In this document: in pieces, positions 14,851-26,059 of the stretch | Position numbering within the stretch: position 1 is the stretch's first letter | How the letters are laid out: every line of letters begins with the position of its first letter | Assembly (NCBI RefSeq): GCF_001949145.1 | Contig: NW_019091356.1 | Span: forward strand, 460,938 to 524,937 | Origin: Acanthaster planci | Lineage: Eukaryota | Direction: 5' to 3' | Length of the DNA: 64,000 nt | Made by a program: the position numbers and the translations under genes | The notes under the pieces: model-generated | What the model was told of the DNA's origin: nothing | Databases searched by the model: none | What the model saw: the letters and a program-made list of their open reading frames with translations, nothing else

Positions 14851-15394
14851 TAGTGCTGTGCCAAATACATGTATTCGATTGATTATCGAATGTTTGAATA
14901 TTATTTTCCAAATTTGAATATTCAAATGCAAAATTCATGAAAAGGGAGAATTTTCTTTTGTTTTGAATGAGAAAAATTGAACCATGGAGGTTTGTTTAAT
15001 GCAGATTCAAATGAAAAGTGACAACTTAATATATCTTACAACGATTCAAAAATTAAATTATTCATTAAAAACTTAAAAGGAATAGAAATTTTCAACAGGG
15101 CAAGAAGTCTTGTTCATCTCTTAACCCTAACCCTCCTCAATCCTTCACCTGTTGGAGGACTGAGGAGTGTTAGGGTTAAATCTTGCTAAATCATGGCTGG
15201 AGATACTCCTAGATGTGAGAAGCTATTATAGTGATCATAATGTACAATTGTGTGTGTTATTGCAACTGATTTTGTACATGGTTTGTTCATCAATAATCTG
15301 CCTGTCAGTACAACCGAATATTCAAATATTCAATCAAATTGAAGGTCGAATATTCAAATAGTCAATTACATGTATTCAAATTGACTGAACCCTA
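14851..15394. mobile_element. Non-autonomous hAT-type DNA transposon (MITE), 544 bp
   Basis: Perfect 8-bp target-site duplication ACACTTTT at 14843-14850 and 15395-15402. Termini are TAGTG...CCCTA (TAGGG-type). Repeated subterminal (G/A)AATATTC(G/A)A motifs occur at both ends. Confidence 0.8.
15125..15175. mobile_element. 51-bp piggyBac-like miniature inverted-repeat element nested in the hAT MITE
   Basis: TTAA (15121-15124) | CCCTAACCCTCCTCAATCCTTCA ... TGGAGGACTGAGGAGTGTTAGGG | TTAA (15176-15179). The 23-bp arms have 3 mismatches. CCCT...AGGG ends with TTAA flanks are piggyBac hallmarks. Confidence 0.65.
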
Positions 15395-18300
15395 ACACTT
15401 TTTGGGGAGGGGGTTATTGGGCTTATCTTGTATAACTCTTGACTTAGAGTAATGTTCCAGAATATCAGATAACCTGGCGATGAAACTTCCTGTCTGTGTG
15501 TCAATCATTTGATGGATAACAAAAAAACAAACCACTCTTAAAACTGACAATTTTCAGCCAACACACTGTGTCATCACCATCTAATATCACACTTACTTGA
15601 AACTGAGGGAAAATCAACATTAGCGTAATCTTCGCATTATCCCCCCAACCACACCCCTAACCGCCTTCTAGTTCATAGCCTCCTTTTTTCCTGAAATGAA
15701 TCCCTCTCGTAATGTAATATGTTTGTCTCGGATTGCTAATTAGTACCAATTTACTCCGCCAGACAAGGCGACAGACAACTATCACTTTTTTTTATTTTAT
15801 CCAACAGCTTGTGCTAGCCTAATCTTCTGTCCAGAAAGTGCCTGACACCTCAAGAGCTAATTTCATCACAGCAATTAACATGAGTACCAGCGGTGCACAA
15901 CTGAGCTAAATTATTCAGCTGAGGGGAATTGTGATATTCACCTGGGGGACCGGGGAACTCAGAGAACCAGTAACACGTCAACGGGAGTCATCGTGATTAA
16001 AAAAATGGCCTTGGTGAATAATACATGGTTGTGAAAAAAAGAAGAGACAATGCGTAGGATGACAGCAGGCTTCTGTTTTTTAGCATTCTGCTCATTAGTG
16101 AGTGCAGCACCTTTTTGTGAGAATGAAAAAGACAGGTGGAAAATGACTCATCGGTGTTATGCAGATATATCTGAAAACTGTCCTTTGGCTTGTTGGCACC
16201 AAAAGCTCCTTTTTGGACAAACTTTTTGGGGCAAGCTGTTGTCGGACGAGAACTTCAAATTTTTTGGCAAACTTATTCAGTTAGAGACGTGAGTTTTTAG
16301 CCTACATAAATATCTTCTTTAAGAAATTCAAAAAGAATCTGAGAAGGAGCAGGTAGCCATCAGCATCTTAAGAACTCTTTTTTAAGTCCAAAGACATGTT
16401 TTATAGTTCTTCTGCAGTCTCTGGTCAGTTATACAGCATGAGACATCCTTTATCATTATGTTGTAATGGTAGCATAGCAACTCCTCATTAAAGAGACGTC
16501 TGACATGATGTTCACATTTTGTTTCTTGATCATTACCCGAATGCTTTACGGAATTTACTATAAGTTGGCAATTAGCCAGCAAAAAGGAATACTCCTGTCG
16601 GTTTTATGGATTTTAACTCACTTGATATTTTCTTTTTATTGTGAAAAGGGCATTTTATTCTGAAGTGGTGTCAATGAGGAATTGGATACCAGCCAATTGT
16701 TTCCAACTTCATAAGTCATTCAATTATGGAATTTTTAAGTAAAGTCTAAATGAAAGTCAAGTGTCATTACACACAACTGACAAGTGGCATTATTACCAAT
16801 TACTTTCTTCCCCAATAAATGTTCTCTTTTGACCCAAAATGTCAATCTAGCCCTAGAGATACCTAATCTGTAATTGAATTGGATCGGTCAGTAGTCCCAA
16901 CTATCCAGATACTCAGTAATCCTCGCCCAAAACACAAGAAAAACAGGCCACTGTGATCCTCCAATCTCCAAAGGAGCAGAAATTCGTGTAATATTTCACG
17001 ATCTGATACAGTAAGCTAAACCACCTGAGCTTCCAGGATCTTAAAGCTCGTGTTGTAACGCAATTACACATGACTCATGCCTGAAATTGCCTTTTCAGCT
17101 ACAATTTCCATTCAATATGAAAAGCGCCGTGTCGGCGGCAGAGACAGTGACAATCAGACACAGAAATCAGCAGGAAAAAATAAAATGGATAATACTTGCA
17201 GCCATAGTAAACCGGTCACTTGCAGTGTCAATGAGTTGGGGAAAAAAAATTTAACAAACTTGACTCACTGTCATTTTACATATTTTTAATAAAAAAATAC
17301 ATGCTGAATATTGCCAGCATTTATTTCAGATTGTGTGTGCTGTTAAAGTTATGAGTTCCTCATCATCAGTGAAAAATATCAGATTTTTTTATCATCATTC
17401 AGATTAAAAAAATTATGAAAGCCTCAAGCAAGCAAGTCAGATACAACAGGCAGTGATAAAATCAAGTGGGTTAAGCGTTAATCATCCATCAGGTTTTTGT
17501 CCATTTCTTTTTCTTATATGGATAATTAGACCCGTACAGATGGCACACCTGTTTTGAGGTTACTGCAGAAAATTGCTTGTTATCTCTCCTTGCCTTGTAG
17601 GGTGATGTAAAAAAATTCTGTCCTTTGTTTTGTCTCAAGGGAAAGGGAAATTTAGGGGAGGGTTAAGTGAATTAATGAACACAGCTGATTAATTAACGAT
17701 AAGAGTTTTAAAAGGGGGATGCAACATTTCATTATCTAGGAATAGAGATTATTGAACCTTCTTTCCTCTCTTTGAAGGCCAGCCATGTCCTCACCAAATA
17801 CGACGTAATTAATTACTTTCTTCTTCAGTTTTTGCCTTCTTTTTCTCACTTCAGTGGTGAACACACCATTGTATCCTAGGCTTTCAGCATTTGTCATCTG
17901 TAATACCCCATTTTCTTAGTCTGTCAAAGTGAATAATGTAATATAAGTTATAACCTCGTTTTGTAAATTATTCCTGTTGTTGGGAGCTAGCACAAGATGA
18001 TATAGTTTTATTTCAGTATTATCTATGAACTGTTTTCCTCAGGCATGTGGTCTTTTACACTCGAGGGCTTTCACAGTTAATCAATTTCTTTAATTGTGAA
18101 TGCATGATTTGGTTTTATTTTTTACAATAGCATACTCAAGTTCCAAAATGCATTTGGATAACTTATATACTCACACTTGCAGTGTAGTGTGCCCACCATG
18201 TAAAAGTTTTACTTTCGTTGTGGATAATTAAAACCCTGTTTAATTGGTAACAGATAAGGATGATTTCATCAAATACTTCAGGGTTTGTGTCATTTCCGAA

Positions 18301-18514
18301 ATTTATTTCATTAACTCTGACCTAAGTGGTAGTTTTTAAGTCTCCTAAGTTCAGAAAGGTATTTATAGTTATAGACACTGATCTCATTACATTGAACTGC
18401 AAGAAGTTTGTCTAACACATTCACTTATCGTTAAGGAGTCGTAAATTCCAACAAATAAGAATTGCCGTAATTGAACTCTGAGAGTAAGTCAAGTAATTTC
18501 AGTTGAAACTATTG

Positions 18515-18559
18515 TGACGATGATGATGATGATGATATGATGGTGGTGGTGGTGATGAT
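18515..18559. repeat. Compound (GAT)n/(GGT)n microsatellite
   Basis: tgacgatgatgatgatgatgatatgatggtggtggtggtgatgat read directly. Confidence 0.85.
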
Positions 18560-21500
18560 TTTGGAGACAAGTGATCGTGGTAGTAATGACATGAGTGCAC
18601 TTCTCTCCTAAGGAGAGGTGAATCTTATGAACACAGCTATTATGATTTTAATCAACTTCATCTGTATATATATAATAACAAAGTGTCACCGTGAGTTTGT
18701 GAACGTTCAGCATGGATTGTTTCCAAAGATTAAATTAATCCCAAGCAGATTTTGCTTATCATATCTCGTCCTTAGATTTTCTTTTCTGTGTTGTGGCTTT
18801 CTATTTTTACCCTAGACATCACATAGCCATAGGATATTTTGGCGTCCAGCAGAACGCTGCATTATTTATACTCCCGCTTGTAATTACAAACCAGAATATG
18901 AAACCAGAATCACCCAGAGTCCGATGTGAAATATTTATTTGTGCTTGTAATTTCTAAGTTTTTACGACCCCTTTTGCCCCACTTGGTCGAGGTTAAATAG
19001 CTTTGAAATTCCAGGAATGTGGAATTTATTTTTCTTTCTAAGGCAATAGAAAGTTTGGGTACTTTAAGGTTGCAGTCGTTAAAGTCTTGTGAGGTATTTA
19101 TAAACTTATGTGTTCTCAAGTGTACAGCTCTATAACTAAACCAAATGGATTACAATTACATTCTCGTATAACTATAGTCCAGACACCACGACTGGTTCTT
19201 GTCGAATATAATGTACACCCCAGATTGAAATCTAAGTGCTGCGCCGGACTAGCAGGTGAGACTACGTCGGCGTTGTCGGCTCTGGTTAATCATCAGGTCG
19301 ACCCAGGTATATCGGAATGTCAGGCAGCGGGAAGGCACTGAGTGTCAGATGTGAAGGAAAAGAAAACAAACTGACAACCAATCATCGGGAATTTACCAAT
19401 GAAATGAAGGCGTGTGTTTTATTCCTCCATGATGTAAGGATGTAAATGGTAAATAACCTTTCACTTTCGTCAAGTAACTATTGCCGAAATTGGCTTGTCT
19501 CTAAGTCGAGACTTTTTAATTCGTTCGCGAAATTAACAGCATGAACGACGAAAAATGATTCTGAATTTCATGGACCTTACATACAAAATCCATGCCAAGC
19601 GTTAATGTCTCGGGCCCCATGTTTGAAATGCCTATCAATTCCGGACATGACGGTGAAACACGGTCTTTACACGGAAAAATTCAGGGTGATTAACTAGAAC
19701 TTGTGTGTGGTTTATACTGGCCTCTTAGTCATCTACGGTATTCAAATACCCTGCGAGACGGATGCTTCTAAAAGTCCCGCCTCAAGTGTGTAACATCCTA
19801 CTAAGTAATCATTACTTTGGCGTCTGGACGCCAGACTGTAGCATTACTTCTTGTGTTTTAAAATTGATTGAAGACCTAACCGGTTGAACCAGTGTCTATT
19901 AAATAACCATAATCGCGGATGCCAGACTGCGTGGTTGCCCTTAATAATCGGAAACCGCTCTGAAAATATGTAACATCTTTCATATCGTGCAGGTGCCAGA
20001 TATTTGAGCAGTTCGTCCGCTGGCAGAATTCTGTCTTCAGTGGCTACTAGAGCGACGATAAAGTGAAACTGGCGCGTCTATTATTGTCTTAAATCGATGT
20101 TCCATTTGGTACTTAAGGTTTTCATGAACGATCAGATTAAACAAGATTGGATATGCCGGACTTAGCTCCTTCGTTTATTAGAATTTACGATCCGTCTATG
20201 AGGACTCGTGGCACGTACACTCTTAGACAGCCACAAGTTTTGTACCATTGTGCAGCTTTTGCAATTTAAGTATTCATTTGAATGTCTCGTTATGCTTCCC
20301 ATTTCTTCGAATTTTCTAATTAGATATTATATGGTGAAGTGAATTATTGATGTGATTAAAGTTGACCTGACGCCCCCCCTTTCCACATCTTCAAAACATA
20401 ATTATGCGAAATGACGTGGGGGTCTTTACGAGTTTTTCTACATAATTATGCTACAGACGCACTAATATCCTCTGCCTGTTTAAGATTTTAAAGTTCATGT
20501 ACTTCTATAAATTGGTGTGTATTTTGTTGGCTTTAGCTTACGCAACTTAAAAATTGGAACTGGAAGCCGTTGATCTTTTTTGCTCGGGAATTGGGACACC
20601 GGTCGTTCTTTGTGTACCCAGTCTGGTCAATGTGTACCTATGGCTCGTCAAGCAATCCCCCGATGTCGCGATCGTGTCCAGGGCTGTATCTTTCGATAAC
20701 CCCAAACCCACGTTCTAAGCGGGCAAATTTCAGCAACGCGGCGGCAGTGCGCACACAACGCGCCAATGTACATGTACTTGCTACATTCCCACGTAGTAAG
20801 GCGTATAGAGTTTACATCTAATATTGAAGCATCGTTTAACGCGCTCGTTTACTCACGGGCATGAAATGTCTCCAGTTGGTCTTCTTATCTTTAATTCATT
20901 CATGGCTCCCCTTTTCTTTAATCAATCACTTTTGCAGGCATTGGGGGGTATTTAGCACATCCTGTGCCATAACCCGAGGGGTTTACTCTGAGAGTTTACA
21001 GGGTTCTTCTGATAGAAAGACGCAACAAGACACCCCGGCCACATTCTATCTGAGAGAACGCTCGTTCCGCATTGTACTTTCTGTACAACTGCATGCGGCG
21101 TGCCGATGCAAGAAACTCGGGGAACCCCCCCCCCCTTCATTGATAATTTTTAGACGCGCCCGCAGGGGTTTCGATAATACAGGTGCTCCTTCAGTCCCCG
21201 GAAGCCAGGTAGCTCCCATCCCTTTGCAATCTCCCTGAGATAGCATGAAGGAGTGGGGATCCCCAGATCTCCCCACATCGGCAGGTGTTGAATAGGCAGA
21301 TGCATTTATACATGAGACATGCTGGCGCCGCGTCACTCTCGCAGGCTATAAACTTTCCCTTTCCGAAAGGGGAAAAAGACGTCGCGGTTTTAACATCGGA
21401 ATAAAGTGTCATGCTCCAGAAAAGCTCTTCACGTCTGCAATAATCACTTGGTGGCCAGACACCTCTCTCTCCAAATCGCACGGGGAAAGATTGCCTCACG

Positions 21501-24500
21501 TTTGTGGATACAAACGCTCGTGATCATATCGGGGGACAGGAAGACCTGAGTTCTTTTCTTGTCCTTACCAACGGAAGCCCGGTGCACGTATATGGGTGGG
21601 GATGAAGATTCGTTACCCAGGGACATTCCTTCATCTTCTGGCAATTGAAGCATTTGAATATTACTCGTGCAGAGAAACATTAGGTGTAATTGACGAGATG
21701 TAACTATCGGCATGGCTGCATGGGAATGACTAAGGACTTAATTACAATGATCGTTGTATATACTAGGTTAATATGTCTCAAGTTAAGACTTGATCGACAC
21801 CAAATCTTAATAGACATTTTTGCTGTATTTCTTGTTGCTGGCTTCTTTGGCATTTCGCAGATCACGAAGCCAAAACTCTGACACTAAAATAAAACCAGGC
21901 TTAACTTTACCTCCCCGATCGCTTGCATCTCCTTGTCTTCATTTGAGGATAGATACAACTTGCTTTTTAATGATAAAAGAACAAGTGCAGTCGTGGAATC
22001 ACTCCATTGATATCACCTTGTACTGACAAAGAAACCCAGTTCTGCTGAACGCTGAGGTCGATAAGGAAATCCTCGATTTGTTATTCCAAACCTCAAATTT
22101 TTACTTGTTCAATTTTGTTTTACGGGTCATGTATGTGTACTCAAAGACCATGCAGCAGACCCGATTTGTTGCATCTGTTGTGTGCACTTGTTCATACGTT
22201 AAGTTTAGCACTGAGTAGTGTTGTTTGGGCCGGGAATCATTTTGGCAGGCAATTTTACCTCTGCGTGCGTTCAGCGCCCAGTCAAACACACATAAACCAA
22301 GCGTCCAACGAGCAAGTGACAGTCAATTTGTATTACAAGTGATTCACAATTAGTAAACGCGTTGGCGCGCTTTTTTTGTGTGTAGTTCCCGCCACGATTT
22401 GACCAACGATTATCGCCACGTTGTTTTCAGTAGTGCATTTCATACTGTTCTCTGTTACCAGACGCATTAGTTGAGCAGGGCGTTTTGGTGTTAGTGGCTG
22501 TACATTCAGTTATTACATGAATCAGTACAGTTCATCCACTGTAACAACCCTACCCAAACAGGAGATTGAAAAATCCAAGTTTTGTTGAAATTTTTGGTTG
22601 GGGGTTAAGTGAGAAATTTTTGTTATTCTTCGTTTCCATTATAGCTGATACAAAGAAGTAAAAGCCTACGCCTGTACGTGTTTAAAGCGAAATAATGAGC
22701 TGTCCAACCATCCCTAGCCACTTCTTCCTCCAACCAGCCGGGTCATCCTCTCCTTCCTGGTTCCCGTTCAAGCGACAATTTCATCTTCTTGTCTGCATCA
22801 TCTTCTCGTCAATACCACCTCTGATGAATTCAGCGTGTGCGTTGTACCGAGCACCAAGTCCACTCGACCACGAAATTTTTGACACTCGTTTCACCTGCAC
22901 TGTTGTTCGCATGTACATGTACGTGCCCCTGCGACCTACTCAAATGAGGCGGATGCGATTTTATAATCATTATCCCAAGGGATTTATCCCTTTCTCTTTT
23001 CAAAGTAAAGTCTGGCAGTCTGGAGAAAGAAAGCGTTTATTATGAATGATACTGAAAGTCGTGATGTCCCATAGGGTTTATTATTTTTATTTGCCTTGAA
23101 ATCAAGTTGAACAGTTTTGCGAAAATAGTATTTTCTGATTAAACGAGACATACAAGCAATCAACATTGATATCATCTGTCTGAAGTGATGTCGACCTTTT
23201 GTTTTTGAGTGATTTTCAGTAAATGTCAATACATAGTATCTCAACTGCAAAAAAAGAAGACTCTGACGCGCTATTTTAAAGCAAAAAATTATTAATCGGT
23301 CGATACCTCATGTTTTTCCTCATTAATTTTTCTACTTTGTGACTGACTTGTCTATATTGTCTTCAATTTTTGTTCCCATGCGTGTTTCAGTCGTCAGCCA
23401 TCTCGGCCCCAATCCTGAACAAGGATGTCTCGTTTTAGTCTTTTCCCAACAAATTAACAATAAGCGCCAGATGAGTAACACACAACCTTGACTTTTGAAC
23501 AAAAGCCTTGGACAATGGGTCTATCGGCAAGGACAGTGCCTTTGTCGATCGCAGACAGATGCAGACGTTATGCATATTTGTGAATCCTTTTGACCCGTTG
23601 CCACGGTAACTCGTCGTATATCTCCCTTGGTGATCACTCATATTGAATTGATAAAAATCCTTAGTTTTCCATCCTTAGTCATAAAATGGAATGACACACG
23701 TCTCGGCTCTTTTTTCATCAAAATTTTCCTCTCCGCGTGAGGTTGGAGACGTCTTTGTTGGAGCGCGTGCAAGTCAGTTTTGGACAATCAGGCGAACTTG
23801 CGCACGGCAAACCCGCTTGAGTTGCGTTGCATTCATAAAATCGATACAAGTCTATGGAAGCGAACAACGAATGTTTTCTCACTGTGTGCACCCACGGAAC
23901 ATCTGCTGACTTTTCAGCCAAATTTGAGTTCCTCCTACCTGCCGTTAAGAGATTTTAGTAGTGCAAAGTTTCTGATTTTGAAATTGTGCAGGGTATGACG
24001 TCAGTACAATTATAGCTGCCAGCGTTCTGTATTTCATCATTCGATTATTTTTCTCCAGCTCTTCCGGAAAATGTTAGATTATGAAATAATCAGCACAAAA
24101 ACATTTCATTTTTTTTAAGAACGCGTCTCAAACTATCAATGATTTTTACATTCTTTTTATTGAAGTGAAAAAAATTCCCTCTATACATTTTTAAAACTGA
24201 ATTTGAACCCTTCCAGCATACAAAGGGGCTGTCGTTTTTAAACCTTCGTATAAACCACATGAGTTTTCTATGATGCAAAAATGTTAAAATTAGGTATTTA
24301 CTGTCACGTTGAGGGTAGAATTTTTTGAAGTGCTATGTGCTGCAATTTTATCAACTCGATTTGTAAGAATAATTGCGATATTGCGAATCAACAAACAACC
24401 GCATTGCCGATTTTGAAGATTTCTTTCTTGGCAGTCATTAATGACAAGCTGGCATCATTTATCTGCATTCAGTCGTCCGTCAACACATTCTACAATTTAG

Positions 24501-25931
24501 CCCCGCCTCCGTTTTCAGCAATGTCAGACCACATACTCTAAAATCTTATATGTCAATTTACATTCAGGCTGTTTACTGAGAAAATAATCCCTCGCAAACC
24601 AGCATGTTATGAGCACTCAGCCTCTTTTAATAAGAGTAGTTTGCCGTGAGACTGATAATTAAAAGGCGCCTTCTGGTAGAAAAGCAGCGATGTTTTAAAC
24701 CTGAATGATGCTTGTTGTCTTTGTAGAGATCTCAGTTTGCCGTCTGTGTAGTTCAGCGCGTCAGCGTTGATTTTTATCTGCAGTAAAAAGACAATCGCTG
24801 GAACACAACAGATTCAAGATAAGCCCCTTCAAATAATCGTTTCTAGTGCAATCACTGTGCATTGTGCTTGCTTTCAAAGCCTTGCCTGACCATTGTGTAT
24901 GGAGTAGGCCTAATTAGTTCGATGATGGCATCATCAGTTATGAGTCAAGAGGGCGCCTCTTTCTTTAATTAATGGGTTAATTGTCAGGGAGCGTTCTCTC
25001 GGAATTGATTGTCTCCTGTCCAGTGCTAATTACTGCATCTGGAGGTGAGTCTGGTTAGAGTAAATTGCGCAAGAGAAAAGGTCTTTTTGGCGCAGTGCTG
25101 TTGTGATATTTACATCAAAGATGGTTATGGTAATCAGTATCATGGTGTTGAATCCTAAATTTCTGGAAGAGTATAATTTCGAAAATTTTCAAGAGTTGTT
25201 TTGAGTTTCATTCCCTTTGAATAGTAAAGAGCTGAGTGTATGTGAACATTAAAGAAGTGACTGTTTTGTTTTTAGACCTTAGTTATCTATGTATCGTGAT
25301 CATACTTGAATCTTATCAGTACATTTTTTCAAAAGATTCTTATGTTCGTCTAGTAAAAGTACAAACTTTTTGAATGAGTTTAATAGGCGGAAGCTTTCAT
25401 ATTTAGCTCAGTTTTTATAACGGTCAGTCCCAATTTCCACCGTTTTGTGCATCAATCATCACACTCGCCGAGAAACTTTTGCTATCATCGCGGGTAACTC
25501 ACGAGTGCAGACGGCTCACATCAATAAGCTGTAATCACCTTCATTTGAAAATCCCGACTGGTTTTGGCGGTACACATCAGGAGCAAAGTCAAAAAGGCGC
25601 GAAGTCCTTTCAACAACCGCAAACATCCCCCTAGTGACGAGAATGATGACGATTTCTTCGTGTATGGTCGATTTCTGCCATCTTTGTGTATGTGGGGTAA
25701 GCGATAGGACGTATTCTAACTTGGTTACGAAATGAATATTGATTGAGAAAGTGCAAGAGATAGGGAGATAACCCGGGTACTCATCAAGGCGTGTAAACCT
25801 CGCGAAAATTGGTGCCTGGATTTTGTAAGCCGTAAAATGGGTTTTCAGAAGCTAAAATTGATGACTTTCGTCATCATTCACTGTTAAATGAGATTTGAAG
25901 CTTTTCATGTTGGAGGTAGCAAGTAAACAAA

Positions 25932-26059
25932 AGGTTTGCGGTAGCACCATGGATATATCTCTTTGTTGAGCATGTGGTTCTGAAAAGAAAAAAAACGGTG
26001 GTACTCAACGTTTCGGACAGTTTGTTCTGTCTGTCGTCCCATGGTGCTACCCGAAACCT
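25932..26059. mobile_element. Short element with 21-bp inverted ends, probably a Penelope-like retroelement remnant
   Basis: AGGTTTGCGGTAGCACCATGG (25932-25952) pairs with CCATGGTGCTACCCGAAACCT (26039-26059), 2 mismatches. The minus strand of the interior has stem-loop GACAG-aacaaa-CTGTC followed by CGAAACG, resembling the 3' half of a minimal hammerhead ribozyme typical of Penelope pLTRs. Confidence 0.5.

Noticed and set aside
15121..15179. Interstitial telomeric repeat
   Set aside because: Only 1-2 TTAGGG/CCCTAA units are present, and they are better explained as the ends of a TTAA-flanked inverted-repeat element.
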